NCBI GenBank assembly: GCA_018304205.1
Contig: JAGVWR010000005.1
Coordinates: 1-32,523 of the forward strand
Direction of reading: 5' to 3'
Source: Candidatus Pacearchaeota archaeon
GTDB lineage: Archaea > Nanobdellota > Nanobdellia > Pacearchaeales > GW2011-AR1
DNA length: 32,523 bases
This document shows positions 7,190 through 16,575 of the stretch, one piece after another. Within the stretch, counting starts at the first letter, position 1; every line of letters begins with the position of its first letter. The translations under genes and the position numbers were made by a program. The notes beneath the pieces are model-generated. The model was not told the origin of the DNA. It did no database searches and saw only the letters and a list, made by a program, of their open reading frames with translations.

Positions 7190-8077
7190 TTAATAATCAG
7201 GAGAAGGACTTTGCTTTGCATTAACATTTGCAGAAGCTAAAGCAGGATTCGGCAAAAAACTAGAAGGGACATATCTGCCTTTAGAGCTTCTCATAGCTTC
7301 TATATACGGAGAGACAGGTATTGCTGCAGTTCTTTGAGAGTTATCTGGAAAACCATAATGTCTCTCTCCAGAAACAAAATTCACTGCTGTTGAAACTATC
7401 ATGGAAGCAGCAACAGCAACAACAGAAGCAAGTTTTACTATCCTGCCTCTGGTTCTCAATCTATCTCTATTTGTTCGTCTTTCTTTTGGATCAATTGTTA
7501 TTCCACTATAAACTAATCTAGGCTTAAATGCAGGAGCAGTTAATCTCGAAGACCCATATTCTCCAACTTGCAAAGGTCCTTGCAATTCATAATCTTCTGC
7601 AGTCATAGCACCTTCCAATTTTCCAACATCCTGACCGAGCATTTTTGGAATCTCCGCATATTTATTTTCGCTAGTAATAGCATCTAAGAATTTTGATGTT
7701 GAGACAAACCTTCCGCTTTCATCTCTTGGAATCAACTTCGTTTCTCTAAGCTCAAAACCATCATATTGCTCAACAATCTTGTCAAGAGCTTTAGAAATTG
7801 TGCTTCTATGTCTGTTAAACTGTCTAGCAATCTCGCTTTTGGACATTCCTGCCTGATAAAGACCATATACTTCAAGTGAGTCAGATTCATCCATTCTAAG
7901 ACCTTTTTTATCCAAATTACTTAATCTTCGGTATATTTCTTCAATTTCCATAGGCTTAAGATTATTTTTTGAATTTCTTTTTAAATTCAGTTTTCTTCTG
8001 GCTATAAGTCTAGGTTCTATTAAAGTTAAGGATCCAGGTCCCAGATCATTTGCCATTTTGTTCATAAAATCCTTCAA
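7190..8077 (-). CDS. HTH-domain protein with a C-terminal transmembrane anchor
   Basis: HTH 'AGMSKSEIARQFNRHRSTISKALDKI'. Single hydrophobic helix 'IVKLASVVAVAASMIVSTAVNFV' followed by a ~60-aa tail. Confidence 0.6.
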   Translation of the reverse strand: MKDFMNKMANDLGPGSLTLIEPRLIARRKLNLKRNSKNNLKPMEIEEIYRRLSNLDKKGLRMDESDSLEVYGLYQAGMSKSEIARQFNRHRSTISKALDKIVEQYDGFELRETKLIPRDESGRFVSTSKFLDAITSENKYAEIPKMLGQDVGKLEGAMTAEDYELQGPLQVGEYGSSRLTAPAFKPRLVYSGITIDPKERRTNRDRLRTRGRIVKLASVVAVAASMIVSTAVNFVSGERHYGFPDNSQRTAAIPVSPYIEAMRSSKGRYVPSSFLPNPALASANVNAKQSPSPDY

Positions 8078-8186
8078 AAATCTACTTATTTAAATCTTTC
8101 CAAAGTTACTATTATAAAGTTACTATCAAATATTATTTTCCGGATAATTATATTTAAATAATCTAGGTTTAGACTCTTTTTTAAAT

Positions 8187-8259
8187 ATCGAAGGCACGCT
8201 TGCTTTTGCTGCTAGAGAAATCTTTTATGGAGTTTTATCAAGTATCTTGACATAAATAG
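8187..8259 (+). repeat. intergenic repeat family, copy C
   Basis: atcgaaggcacgcttgcttttgctgctagagaaatcttttatggagttttatcaagtatcttgacataaatag. Confidence 0.8.
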
Positions 8260-8441
8260 CTCTTTACAAAGGGTTATTTCTATGATAAACTAGTTTACTA
8301 CTTTTATAAAGAGAAACATTTGTTTAAGGAATATCTTTTCAGAAAGAAAATTTAGAATGGGCATTAACTTTGGGTCCAACTATAGTTCAAGAAGGAGTAG
8401 TGGGATTAATATGTGAAGGAGTTGTTGGTGGGGCTTTTAGT

Positions 8442-8455
8442 AATAGATTTAAAAA
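8442..8455 (+). promoter_or_regulatory. BRE/TATA-like box for aroB
   Basis: aatagatttaaaaa is centred about 26 nt upstream of ATG 8477. Confidence 0.45.
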
Positions 8456-8476
8456 TTAGAAATTTCTTTATTATTA

Positions 8477-9466
8477 ATGATATTGAAGTCAAAGTTGTCT
8501 ATAATAGAAGTTGAGAGAGGACTAATAAGAAATGAGGGTATTCCTCTTGGATTTATTATAACTGATAGAAATGTCTTTGAAAGAAATAAAGAGTCATTAA
8601 AGAATAGAAAAGAAATGTTTGTTATTGAACCTGGTGAGAAAAGTAAGAGCATTGAAATATATATGCAGATTCTTAAAAAACTTTCAGAGATAGATTTTGT
8701 TGAAAGAATAATTGCTTTTGGGGGCGGAGTTGTAGGAGACATTGCAGGATTTGTAGCTTCCACTTATAAAAGAGGCATAGAACTAATTCAGATTCCTACA
8801 ACCTTACTTGCAATGGTCGATAGCGGCATAGGCGGTAAGAATGGAATAGACATAGGTTTAAAGAAAAATTATGTTGGGACCATATATCAACCAAAGAAGA
8901 TTTTGATTGATAGCTCCTTTTTAGACAGTCTGCCAGAAAAGGAATTTAGTAACGGATTGGCTGAAATGATAAAGCATTCATATATTATGAATAAACCTAA
9001 ATTGGAAAGATTTTGCAAGAAGGTTAACAAAAATGACAAGGATATAAATGAGATTATTTTGAAATCTGCCGAAGTGAAAATTAAGATTACGGAGAAAGAC
9101 ACAAAAGACAATGGACTACGAAAAGCGCTCAATTTTGGTCATACAATTGGGCATGCCATAGAATTGTTACATAATTTAAGTCATGGGGAAGCAATTTCCA
9201 TAGGTATGGTGAAGGAAGCGATGCTAGCAAATAAAATTGGACTTGTAAAGCAAGATAAAATAGATTCTTTAATCAAATCTTTTGAAGTAAATGGATTGCC
9301 AATAAGTTGGCCGAAAGGAGCTAGTGCAGAAAAAATAATAGAGATAATGAAATATGATAAGAAGGGTGCTTTTCTATTTGCTTTCGATATAAAGAATCAT
9401 AATAAATTTATCAATGAAAAAACAGTTAGGGATTTCTTGAAGGAAGACATTGATTTAAATGATTAA
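8477..9466 (+). CDS. aroB: 3-dehydroquinate synthase
   Basis: 'IIAFGGGVVGDIAGFVASTYKRGIELIQIPTTLLAMVDSGIGGKNGI' and 'LNFGHTIGHAIE' are hallmark AroB motifs. Confidence 0.9.
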   Translation: MILKSKLSIIEVERGLIRNEGIPLGFIITDRNVFERNKESLKNRKEMFVIEPGEKSKSIEIYMQILKKLSEIDFVERIIAFGGGVVGDIAGFVASTYKRGIELIQIPTTLLAMVDSGIGGKNGIDIGLKKNYVGTIYQPKKILIDSSFLDSLPEKEFSNGLAEMIKHSYIMNKPKLERFCKKVNKNDKDINEIILKSAEVKIKITEKDTKDNGLRKALNFGHTIGHAIELLHNLSHGEAISIGMVKEAMLANKIGLVKQDKIDSLIKSFEVNGLPISWPKGASAEKIIEIMKYDKKGAFLFAFDIKNHNKFINEKTVRDFLKEDIDLND

Positions 9467-9513
9467 TCTTTAAGTTTAACCTTTGTTGTAAATAACCTTA
9501 AATTTATAAATTT

Positions 9514-10380
9514 TTACAAATGGAATTTCGACATTAAGATTGGAAGTATGTGATAGTTAAACACCTTTATTAATGGCATGGATTTTGGAAAGATTTCGTA
9601 ATCCTTTTTTTTCAGTTTTTCTTCTAAATATTTTATAGAAAAATCTTCTAATAGATTATGGTTGCATAAAATATAAGAAATATCGGTATCTTGGTAATGA
9701 TGAGCATCTGAAACTGATATCCCTTTAACTCCATCAAGAACACTCTCTTCGTATCTTTGATTGTTTAATTCACCAGCTGATAGAGCATTAAACTCTTCAA
9801 AAAATACTTTTTCTTCTTTTACAAGCTTTATTGTTTTTTCAAGGGGTAAACTGTCAACAACATCTGAAGGATGGCAAACAATTGAGAAGCCGCCATTACT
9901 TGAAACATCAGATATTGTTTTTTCTGTATCTTGAGAATGAGGAACTAAATCTTCTAAACCTATTACGTTAATGTCCGCTGTTTCTCCATCATAAAGAGTT
10001 CTTACTTCTTGAGTATGTAATATTATTATAGAAGACAATTGCATTTTTTCAATGTCTTTTCTTATCTTTCTGTTTCTTTCGAATCTTGCCCATCCTTCTT
10101 TTTTATTATAGTTTATATTGAAATCATTGGTTAAATATTGCGCTTGAGACATGTAAGAAAAGAAACGGTCATCCATTCCACTTGTTGGAGTGTGACATGA
10201 GGAAAGAGCACAGATCCCAATTGCATTTTCAAAGGCGTTTTCTACAATATCTCTTAAAGAAGGAATTGGAAACAATTTTTTGTAAAGTCTTCCTGATTTA
10301 TCGCTAGGTCTATAAAAGTGAGGATGTGCGTGAAGAACAACTTTAAGTGCGTAGTTCTCATCATGTGCTGTCTTTCCCAT
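9514..10380 (-). CDS. PHP-family-like metal-dependent phosphoesterase
   Basis: His-rich motifs in PHP-like order: 'VVLHAHPHF', 'FSIVCHPSD', 'GISVSDAHHY'. The assignment is motif-based only. Confidence 0.5.
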   Translation of the reverse strand: MGKTAHDENYALKVVLHAHPHFYRPSDKSGRLYKKLFPIPSLRDIVENAFENAIGICALSSCHTPTSGMDDRFFSYMSQAQYLTNDFNINYNKKEGWARFERNRKIRKDIEKMQLSSIIILHTQEVRTLYDGETADINVIGLEDLVPHSQDTEKTISDVSSNGGFSIVCHPSDVVDSLPLEKTIKLVKEEKVFFEEFNALSAGELNNQRYEESVLDGVKGISVSDAHHYQDTDISYILCNHNLLEDFSIKYLEEKLKKKDYEIFPKSMPLIKVFNYHILPILMSKFHL

Positions 10381-10431
10381 AAAAATTGAGTTATTAGTAG
10401 ATATATAAATTTATTGTCTTTGTTTTTTAAT

Positions 10432-10983
10432 TTATGCATTACCTATTAAGTTCCTAAGAAAAAAGCCTACAACGAACGCAATAATTGCTGCAGCTCCGCC
10501 AATTAAAATAATCTCAAATACTGATTTAAATATATTTCTTTCAGTTACTCTTGCTTTTGCAATTCCGATTATAATAAAGGCAAGCGCGGTTAGCGCGATT
10601 GAATAAGAAAACTGATTTGCTCTTAAGGAAGGGATGAATACTGCCAATACAAAAGAGATTAAAGGAATAAATCCGATTATTACGAAGGAAAAGAAGGTGG
10701 CTATTGCAGTTTTCCTTGGGTTTTTTATATGTTCATGCCTATGTTTATGTTTTGCCATTAAATCATTTTCAGATTTTATAGCTAAGTAATTTGAAATAGC
10801 CATTGAAAAAGCATCTGCAAAAAGATTTGCGAAGCCAAGTATTAAGACTATGACTGAACTTAAAGAAGCGCCCATGACTCCCGCAACAACTGCAAAAGTA
10901 GTTACTGTTCCATCAATGGCGCCGTAAACAAACTCTTCTAAATACTTCTTTTCAAAACTCCTCTTTATTATCATAGGTATCAT
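10432..10983 (-). CDS. VIT1/CCC1-family iron/manganese transporter
   Basis: 'EEFVYGAIDGTVTTFAVVAGVMGA' signature plus multiple TM segments. Confidence 0.85.
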   Translation of the reverse strand: MIPMIIKRSFEKKYLEEFVYGAIDGTVTTFAVVAGVMGASLSSVIVLILGFANLFADAFSMAISNYLAIKSENDLMAKHKHRHEHIKNPRKTAIATFFSFVIIGFIPLISFVLAVFIPSLRANQFSYSIALTALAFIIIGIAKARVTERNIFKSVFEIILIGGAAAIIAFVVGFFLRNLIGNA

Positions 10984-11027
10984 TAGAAAATTATATATTT
11001 AAAATATCCCTATGACTTAGGAAAAAG

Positions 11028-11040
11028 AAAGATTTTTATA
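11028..11040 (+). promoter_or_regulatory. BRE/TATA-like box
   Basis: aaagatttttata is centred about 25 nt upstream of ATG 11062. Confidence 0.45.
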
Positions 11041-11061
11041 CAGAGTTTAAGGGGTTTTTCT

Positions 11062-11307
11062 ATGACATTTGTAAAAGATGATAATACTTTAGTATATACT
11101 GGGCCTTTTAGAAGTTGCTGGGATTATCTATTGAGAAATAAGTATACTCAGGAATTTCCTAGTACGGATCTCCCTATTTTTATACGTGGAAACGAAATAG
11201 TAGAAAGAGTGGAAATTATGGAAAATTTAGAACCGGATATGGAAAAAAGATATAAGATAGTGAGAAAAGAGGCAACCAGGAAAGATAGGTCTGGAATACA
11301 AAGATAA
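11062..11307 (+). CDS. hypothetical small protein
   Basis: 81-aa ORF with its own consensus promoter. Confidence 0.45.
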   Translation: MTFVKDDNTLVYTGPFRSCWDYLLRNKYTQEFPSTDLPIFIRGNEIVERVEIMENLEPDMEKRYKIVRKEATRKDRSGIQR

Positions 11308-11342
11308 GATAGTTTTAAAAACTTAAAAAAATACTTCTATAA

Positions 11343-13157
11343 ATGAGCGACAAGAAACCAACACTTGCAGATGGACTTAATTCTCCTGTAAAATATGATT
11401 CTAACAAAGTCCCGGTAATACCCAGTGTACCTGGAAATGAAAAGCAAAAAAGTCCAGAAGAAATGGCTAAGGAATTTGAAAAACTTAAAGCTAAATTAGA
11501 AGATTTGAAAAAAAAGATAGTAAACAAACATAAATTTGTTAGATTTTTGAGCATATTGCCTCAACAAATGTTACCTTTATATGCTGAAGACGAAGCAATG
11601 CCTAAAGAAGTTGAAGATACAAAACCTTTACTTTTGTTTATGTGTATTCCAGAGGATAATTATAAGGATCTTCCAAAAATAAAGCCAGAAATAATAGAAA
11701 TGATTAAAGAAACCAAACAAAATATTTGGCTTATCGTAAAAACAGAAGTAGATATATGGAGTTATGGATTAGATAGTAAATTTGAGTTGATAGATGGAAT
11801 TTCTAATTCATTTCCATTGCATGATGGCGGATTTTTAGGATCATTAAGAGTTGCGAATATACATAAAGCATTAGTTTTGAGAAAGTTTGAGAAATATATT
11901 ACTTCTTATGTAATTGGGGGAAGTCTTGTAAGAGGTGTGGCCGGAAAAGATAGTGATGTTGACACATTTATAATTATTGATGATACTGATGTTAAAAGAA
12001 TGCCTAGACTTGAGTTGAAAGAAAAGTTAAGAGGAATGATTTATGATTATATAAGAGAAGCAAGTGCTTTAGCTGGAGTTCAAAACATATTAAATGTACA
12101 AGTTTATTTGCTTACAGAATTTTGGGAATCTGTAAAAGATGCACAGCCAGTTATGTTTACTTTTATAAGAGATGGAGTTCCATTATATGACCGAGGAACT
12201 TTCATTCCTTGGAAATTACTTCTTAAGATGGGAAGAATTAAACCTAGTCCAGAAGCAATTGATCTGTTTATGAAATCTGGCGATCAGACTGTTGAACTTG
12301 TTAAAAGAAGATTAATGGACGCAATGGTTGATATTTACTGGGGAATCTTAACCCCTACTCAAGCATTGTTGATGCTTGCGGGTCATGCTCCTCCAGAACC
12401 TAAAATAGTTGTTTCAGAGGTTAAGAAAGTTTTGGTTGATCGTGAAAAATTAATGACTATGAAGGAACTAAAAATCTTAGAGAGGTCAGTTAAGTTGTAC
12501 AAAGATTATGAACATGGAAAATTAACTGAGATTTCTGGAACAGAAATAGATCAATTAAGAAAAGATTCCAACGAATATACTAAGAGAATGAAGGTATTAA
12601 AAGATGAGCTGGAATTAAGGATGAGAGAACATACAGTAGACAAGATTCATGATGAAGTATTTACGGTTTTGAAAAATATATTTGGAACTAAGTCTAGTGA
12701 TCTACTTGTTAAAGACTTAGAAGAACAGTTAGTGAAGAAAGGAAAAATACAGAAGAGAATGCTTAATATAGCTAGAGAAATCGCTGATATAAAGAAGAAA
12801 TCGAAGAATAAGAAACTTACACATACTGAACAACAGAAAATAAGTGGAGAAGGATCTGAACTACTTAATGCTCTAACTGAATATGCTCAAAGAAAGGATT
12901 TAGTTGCTCTGGAAAAGGGAATTATTCAAATAACTTCTAAAGATAGAAAAGCAGAACTTGTAACTACCGATTCTGGAATATTTGTAGTTGAAAAGAGAGG
13001 TATAAGAAAGATCTCTGGGAAGAGAATAGATAACAGTGATGCTAAAGCTTTTGAAGACGCACTAAAGAATACGAAAGAAAGACTCAAGGGAAAACTAAGT
13101 CAGGAAACACTTGATGTATTAAAGAAAGAATTTGGCGAATTTAGCGTTGAGTTTTAG
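11343..13157 (+). CDS. large Pol-beta-superfamily nucleotidyltransferase: degenerate NTase-like module, intact NTase, helical (KNTase_C/HEPN-like) domain, charged C-terminal region
   Basis: 'IGGSLVRGVAGKDSDVDTFIIIDD' (GS...DxD). 'DAQPVMFTFIRDGVPLYDRGTF' and 'IYWGILTPTQALLMLAGHAPPEP' are paralogous to ORF 25723-26571. TATA ttttaaaa lies 26 nt upstream of the ATG. Confidence 0.75.
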   Translation: MSDKKPTLADGLNSPVKYDSNKVPVIPSVPGNEKQKSPEEMAKEFEKLKAKLEDLKKKIVNKHKFVRFLSILPQQMLPLYAEDEAMPKEVEDTKPLLLFMCIPEDNYKDLPKIKPEIIEMIKETKQNIWLIVKTEVDIWSYGLDSKFELIDGISNSFPLHDGGFLGSLRVANIHKALVLRKFEKYITSYVIGGSLVRGVAGKDSDVDTFIIIDDTDVKRMPRLELKEKLRGMIYDYIREASALAGVQNILNVQVYLLTEFWESVKDAQPVMFTFIRDGVPLYDRGTFIPWKLLLKMGRIKPSPEAIDLFMKSGDQTVELVKRRLMDAMVDIYWGILTPTQALLMLAGHAPPEPKIVVSEVKKVLVDREKLMTMKELKILERSVKLYKDYEHGKLTEISGTEIDQLRKDSNEYTKRMKVLKDELELRMREHTVDKIHDEVFTVLKNIFGTKSSDLLVKDLEEQLVKKGKIQKRMLNIAREIADIKKKSKNKKLTHTEQQKISGEGSELLNALTEYAQRKDLVALEKGIIQITSKDRKAELVTTDSGIFVVEKRGIRKISGKRIDNSDAKAFEDALKNTKERLKGKLSQETLDVLKKEFGEFSVEF

Positions 13158-13203
13158 TTAGATTTAGTCTAAATGTTACCATTATGGAAAGACATTAATA
13201 GGG

Positions 13204-13217
13204 AAAGATTTATATAT
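13204..13217 (+). promoter_or_regulatory. BRE/TATA-like box for the 13238 gene cluster
   Basis: aaagatttatatat is centred about 26 nt upstream of ATG 13238 (leaderless geometry). Confidence 0.5.
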
Positions 13218-13237
13218 CTATATTTTAAGTTTTCTAT

Positions 13238-14080
13238 ATGGATTGGAATGAAAAGTTTAGAAGCTGGGTTAAAGAAAACCCGGATGATTTTAAGAAGCTA
13301 AAAAGCCAAATTACTCAAAGGTCACTTGACTGGTATTTGTATAAGACTAAAGGAGTTTCTCATATAAATTTAGGTGCTAGAGTTAAATTATATAAAGCCA
13401 CAAAAATAGAAGAATTTCGTCCCGATAATTATATTGATCCTGAAACATTTGGTGTTGAAGATATTATAAAAAGAAAAGTTCCTTCAACAGCAATAGAAAT
13501 ATGGTTGGGATATAATGATATTGCAAAAACAGATTTTGCTAAAAGAACTGGAATTCATAGAGATAGTTTAACTAGTTATATAAATGGGGCGAAGGTAAAA
13601 GATTTCACATTAGTAAAGATTATTTCAGGCCTTAGAAAATACGCTAGTGAAGGCCCAAGTAGAAGAGGATTAGAGGCCGAAGAAGTTGATAAAGTTTTGA
13701 GAACTGCTGGCGAGGGTATTGGTAGGGGCAATGACGGAAGAGATATTGTTGATTTAATTGAAAGGGGTTTTGATGATTTGAAACAATACCTTGATAAATT
13801 AAATGATAAATCGAAAGTTAAACCTTCAAAAGATGGTGCTGCGCTTTCAGATAAATTAAAACAATTAGATGTAGCTATAGATTCTTTAGTAGACGCTATG
13901 GAGTATTATAAGGGGCAGGGAAGAGATGTTAGAATGAAATTAGCAAGTTACTTAGCTAGAACTAATCAATTGCATAGATTTGGATGGGCTTGGAACGTTT
14001 ATGGGGGATTGTCAAGAAGAGAGGACGATCCAGACTCATTTGCAAGAAGCACTAAACCCCCGGAGAAAAATAAAGCTTAA
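13238..14080 (+). CDS. double helix-turn-helix (XRE-like) protein; first gene of the GHKL cluster
   Basis: Two HTH-like segments: 'ITQRSLDWYLYKTKGVSHINLGARVKLY' and 'IAKTDFAKRTGIHRDSLTSYINGAKVKDFTLVKIISGL'. Helical C-terminal half. Confidence 0.6.
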   Translation: MDWNEKFRSWVKENPDDFKKLKSQITQRSLDWYLYKTKGVSHINLGARVKLYKATKIEEFRPDNYIDPETFGVEDIIKRKVPSTAIEIWLGYNDIAKTDFAKRTGIHRDSLTSYINGAKVKDFTLVKIISGLRKYASEGPSRRGLEAEEVDKVLRTAGEGIGRGNDGRDIVDLIERGFDDLKQYLDKLNDKSKVKPSKDGAALSDKLKQLDVAIDSLVDAMEYYKGQGRDVRMKLASYLARTNQLHRFGWAWNVYGGLSRREDDPDSFARSTKPPEKNKA

Positions 14081-14081
14081 A

Positions 14082-15626
14082 ATGAAATGGAAAGAACCAA
14101 AAATGCCTGGAGAAGGTCAAAGTAGACTAATATTAGAATTATCTAGACAATACGATGGACCATACCCCTCTACTAGAGAATATGGTACGAACGGTCTTGA
14201 TGCTATTGAAGAAGATAGAAGAAACGGATTAATAGATGATTCTACAAATATGATGAAGTTTTTAGCTGAGCAATCTACAAAGAGAGTTATTATTCAAGAT
14301 TTTGCTGCTGGAATTAGTTCTGGTAGAATGCAAGAGTTACCTGAAAGTATAGGCAAATCAATAAAATCTGGAAAGTTTGATCAAAGAGGAGAGAAAGCAG
14401 TCGGTTTACTTGCATTTGGATCTATGGGAACTTCAGTAGATATAATTTCTAAGATGGTTTCTGAAAAGACGTTTAATCATTTGAGATATGAAATTATTGG
14501 AAAAGCAAAAGATGGAGATGAGAGAGTAGTGTATAAAATTGATACTCTTTCAAGAGAGGATATGGACAAATTATATTGCGGTAAATTTGATCATGGTACA
14601 AAGATTTTGATCAATACAAATGCCCACGTTATAAAGAGAATGGCTTTCGGAAGACTTAGAAATTTTGTTCAATCGTATTATGCTCCAATATTAAAAAGAA
14701 ATGCTTCAAGTATAACATTTATTGTTGGTGATATTGATAAAGGTTTAGAAGAAAAGGTAACTTTTCCAGAAATTAAAGGAAATATTTTAGCTGATGGAGC
14801 TATACAAATTGATTCTGAGATTGCTGGTGATAGAAGGGCAAAGGTTGATTTTCATCTTGTTTTTGATCATGATAGTGAGAGGGGGGGTGTTCCGGTATTT
14901 AGTAAGGGTGTAAAGATATATGATAATGTGCTTGAGCTTGACGAGTCTTTGGGCGATACTGCTCTTTGGACATGTCCACATATTCAAGGTTATGTAAACG
15001 AAGAGACTCTTAAGGTAACTCTTGGAAGAAACGGAATAAATAGAGAGAGTATGGGTTATAAATCGCTTGTTCAATTATTGAGAATTGTTGATGGTAAACT
15101 TAGAGGCAAAATTTCTCAGAATATGCTGGAAAAAGATGAAAGAAGAGATACTGGAATAATTAAGGAAGGTTGGAAATTAATGGAGAAAGTTTATCAGACA
15201 ACAGTTCCACTTGACAAAGATGATAGGGTAGCTTCAACGAGATCAGAATCTGGAACGCAAAGTCCTGATAAAGAACTAAAGAAGAAGAAACCAAGAGTAT
15301 TTCCTTTTCAGGAACCGGTTAGAACTTCTTTTTCTGAGATAGAGAAACATTTACGTGCAAAGTTAACTCCTATGGGTACTCAGTATTTTATTTACGTAAA
15401 TGTAAGTCACCCAGATTATAAGTTTGCATTTGGAAATGGAAAGAGAGATAGGGGACTAGATTATTTGTTTGAAGTTTCTGCTCCGATAATTGCTCAGGCA
15501 GAAATGAAAAACTCTATTGAAAAAAAGAGAAAAATGTACGGTAGTGTATATCAAATTGCTGGAGAGATATCAAATAGAGCCCAAGATATTATATTTCAAT
15601 ATAGGAAACTTAGGTTTGGTAAATAA
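14082..15626 (+). CDS. GHKL (Bergerat-fold) ATPase, MutL/Top6B/MORC-like
   Basis: N box 'REYGTNGLDAIEE', G1 'VIIQDFAAGISSG', G2 'FDQRGEKAVGLLAFGSMGTS', G3 'HGTKILIN', in canonical order and spacing. Start chosen at ATG 14082, 1 nt after the upstream stop. Confidence 0.65.
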   Translation: MKWKEPKMPGEGQSRLILELSRQYDGPYPSTREYGTNGLDAIEEDRRNGLIDDSTNMMKFLAEQSTKRVIIQDFAAGISSGRMQELPESIGKSIKSGKFDQRGEKAVGLLAFGSMGTSVDIISKMVSEKTFNHLRYEIIGKAKDGDERVVYKIDTLSREDMDKLYCGKFDHGTKILINTNAHVIKRMAFGRLRNFVQSYYAPILKRNASSITFIVGDIDKGLEEKVTFPEIKGNILADGAIQIDSEIAGDRRAKVDFHLVFDHDSERGGVPVFSKGVKIYDNVLELDESLGDTALWTCPHIQGYVNEETLKVTLGRNGINRESMGYKSLVQLLRIVDGKLRGKISQNMLEKDERRDTGIIKEGWKLMEKVYQTTVPLDKDDRVASTRSESGTQSPDKELKKKKPRVFPFQEPVRTSFSEIEKHLRAKLTPMGTQYFIYVNVSHPDYKFAFGNGKRDRGLDYLFEVSAPIIAQAEMKNSIEKKRKMYGSVYQIAGEISNRAQDIIFQYRKLRFGK

Positions 15627-15655
15627 TAGTGTAACTTCATAGTTGTTACAAATAC

Positions 15656-15668
15656 AAAGATTTAAATA
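15656..15668 (+). promoter_or_regulatory. internal BRE/TATA-like box within the GHKL cluster
   Basis: aaagatttaaata is centred about 26 nt upstream of ATG 15690. Confidence 0.5.
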
Positions 15669-15689
15669 TCTCTTTTTTTTGAAGATTTT

Positions 15690-16574
15690 ATGGGCGGGAA
15701 AAGAATTAATTGGACAGAAGAAGCAGCTAGACTTTTATGGGTTAGAAATTTACAAAAAGTTAATTCAAAAGTTATATCTGAAGAATTGTTGAATATACAT
15801 GGTTTAAATATCAAACCTCAATATGTTATTGCTTTCGCTTGTAGATTAAGAACACAAGAAGAGGCAAGGTTTTCTAGTATAATCACAGAAATTCCAAATG
15901 CGGAAAGTATTCCTGCAAATTATAAACTTGCTCCAGTAATTGAACTTGCTGAACAGGTTGACATGTCGGGAGTTATTAAAAGTTCTAGATCTACTTTGGA
16001 TTCTTTAATGGGTCAATATAACGCAAAAGTTAATGATGTATTAAGAGATTGGGAAGATGCTATTTACAAAGAAATGACTAAACAGGCTGATAGAGTTAAA
16101 AATTTTGACTTAAATACTCTTTACGGTCATACTCCTCTAACCGAATTAGCGCGTTTACCTGAGGCAGACAAGGCTAAAATTATTGATCTTTTAAGGAGAG
16201 GGGTGAATGGAGATGCAATAAAAAATATAGAAATATTAATTGCAGACAAAGATCTTTCTAAACAGAATATAGGAGTAATTTTACCATTATATTTTGAAGA
16301 TGATAAAGCATCTGACAAAAGTCTTAGAAGTGCACTAAACGATATAGTTGTTGCAACTCTTGTATCAGAACCTTCATTTAGAAGAGCTAAACAATTTAAA
16401 GGAAGGTTTGGGGATTTAGTTATGTACGATTTCAATTTAACTAGTGCCCCTAATTATAAATTAATTGAGCAAAATATAGTTAAAGGATTGTCTAGTGAAT
16501 ATAGTGGAGTTGGAGTTAATTTTCTACTTGACTATTTTCCATTGGGATTAGTTGGGAAATCTAAGAGGGGTTAA
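15690..16574 (+). CDS. hypothetical protein (orphan; possible N-terminal HTH)
   Basis: 294-aa ORF. 'INWTEEAARLLWVRNLQKVNSKVISEELL' is weakly Myb/HTH-like. No catalytic motif recognised. Confidence 0.55.
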   Translation: MGGKRINWTEEAARLLWVRNLQKVNSKVISEELLNIHGLNIKPQYVIAFACRLRTQEEARFSSIITEIPNAESIPANYKLAPVIELAEQVDMSGVIKSSRSTLDSLMGQYNAKVNDVLRDWEDAIYKEMTKQADRVKNFDLNTLYGHTPLTELARLPEADKAKIIDLLRRGVNGDAIKNIEILIADKDLSKQNIGVILPLYFEDDKASDKSLRSALNDIVVATLVSEPSFRRAKQFKGRFGDLVMYDFNLTSAPNYKLIEQNIVKGLSSEYSGVGVNFLLDYFPLGLVGKSKRG

Positions 16575-16575
16575 G

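Noticed and set aside
6593-8077. Apparent higher GC of this segment as evidence for horizontal acquisition
   Set aside because: Hand counts (~35-40% GC) are similar to those of conserved genes such as ppsA (~38%). This reflects coding constraint rather than a compositional island. It needs a proper sliding-window calculation.
8328-8459. Start-less 44-codon open frame (…ENLEWALTLGPTIVQEGVVGLICEGVVGGAFSNRFKN*) upstream of aroB, as a possible gene remnant
   Set aside because: It has no start codon and no recognisable motif, and it overlaps the predicted aroB promoter. The evidence is insufficient.
13980-14081. N-terminal 34 codons of track ORF 13980-15626, which overlap the 3' end of gene 13238-14080
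   Set aside because: ATG 14082 lies 1 nt after the upstream stop, which is typical operon coupling. The overlapping segment has no independent support, so the GHKL gene is called from 14082.
14082-15626. Calling the GHKL protein a bona fide topoisomerase VI subunit B
   Set aside because: The ATP-binding boxes resemble Top6B and MutL. However, no adjacent gene shows a Top6A-type CAP-Tyr plus Toprim (E...DxD) signature, and the partners are HTH and orphan proteins. It is left as generic GHKL pending profile searches.
16552-16575. Alternative upstream start of the 678-aa ORF, overlapping gene 15690-16574
   Set aside because: ATG 16576 directly follows the upstream TAA. The shorter 670-aa version is more parsimonious.
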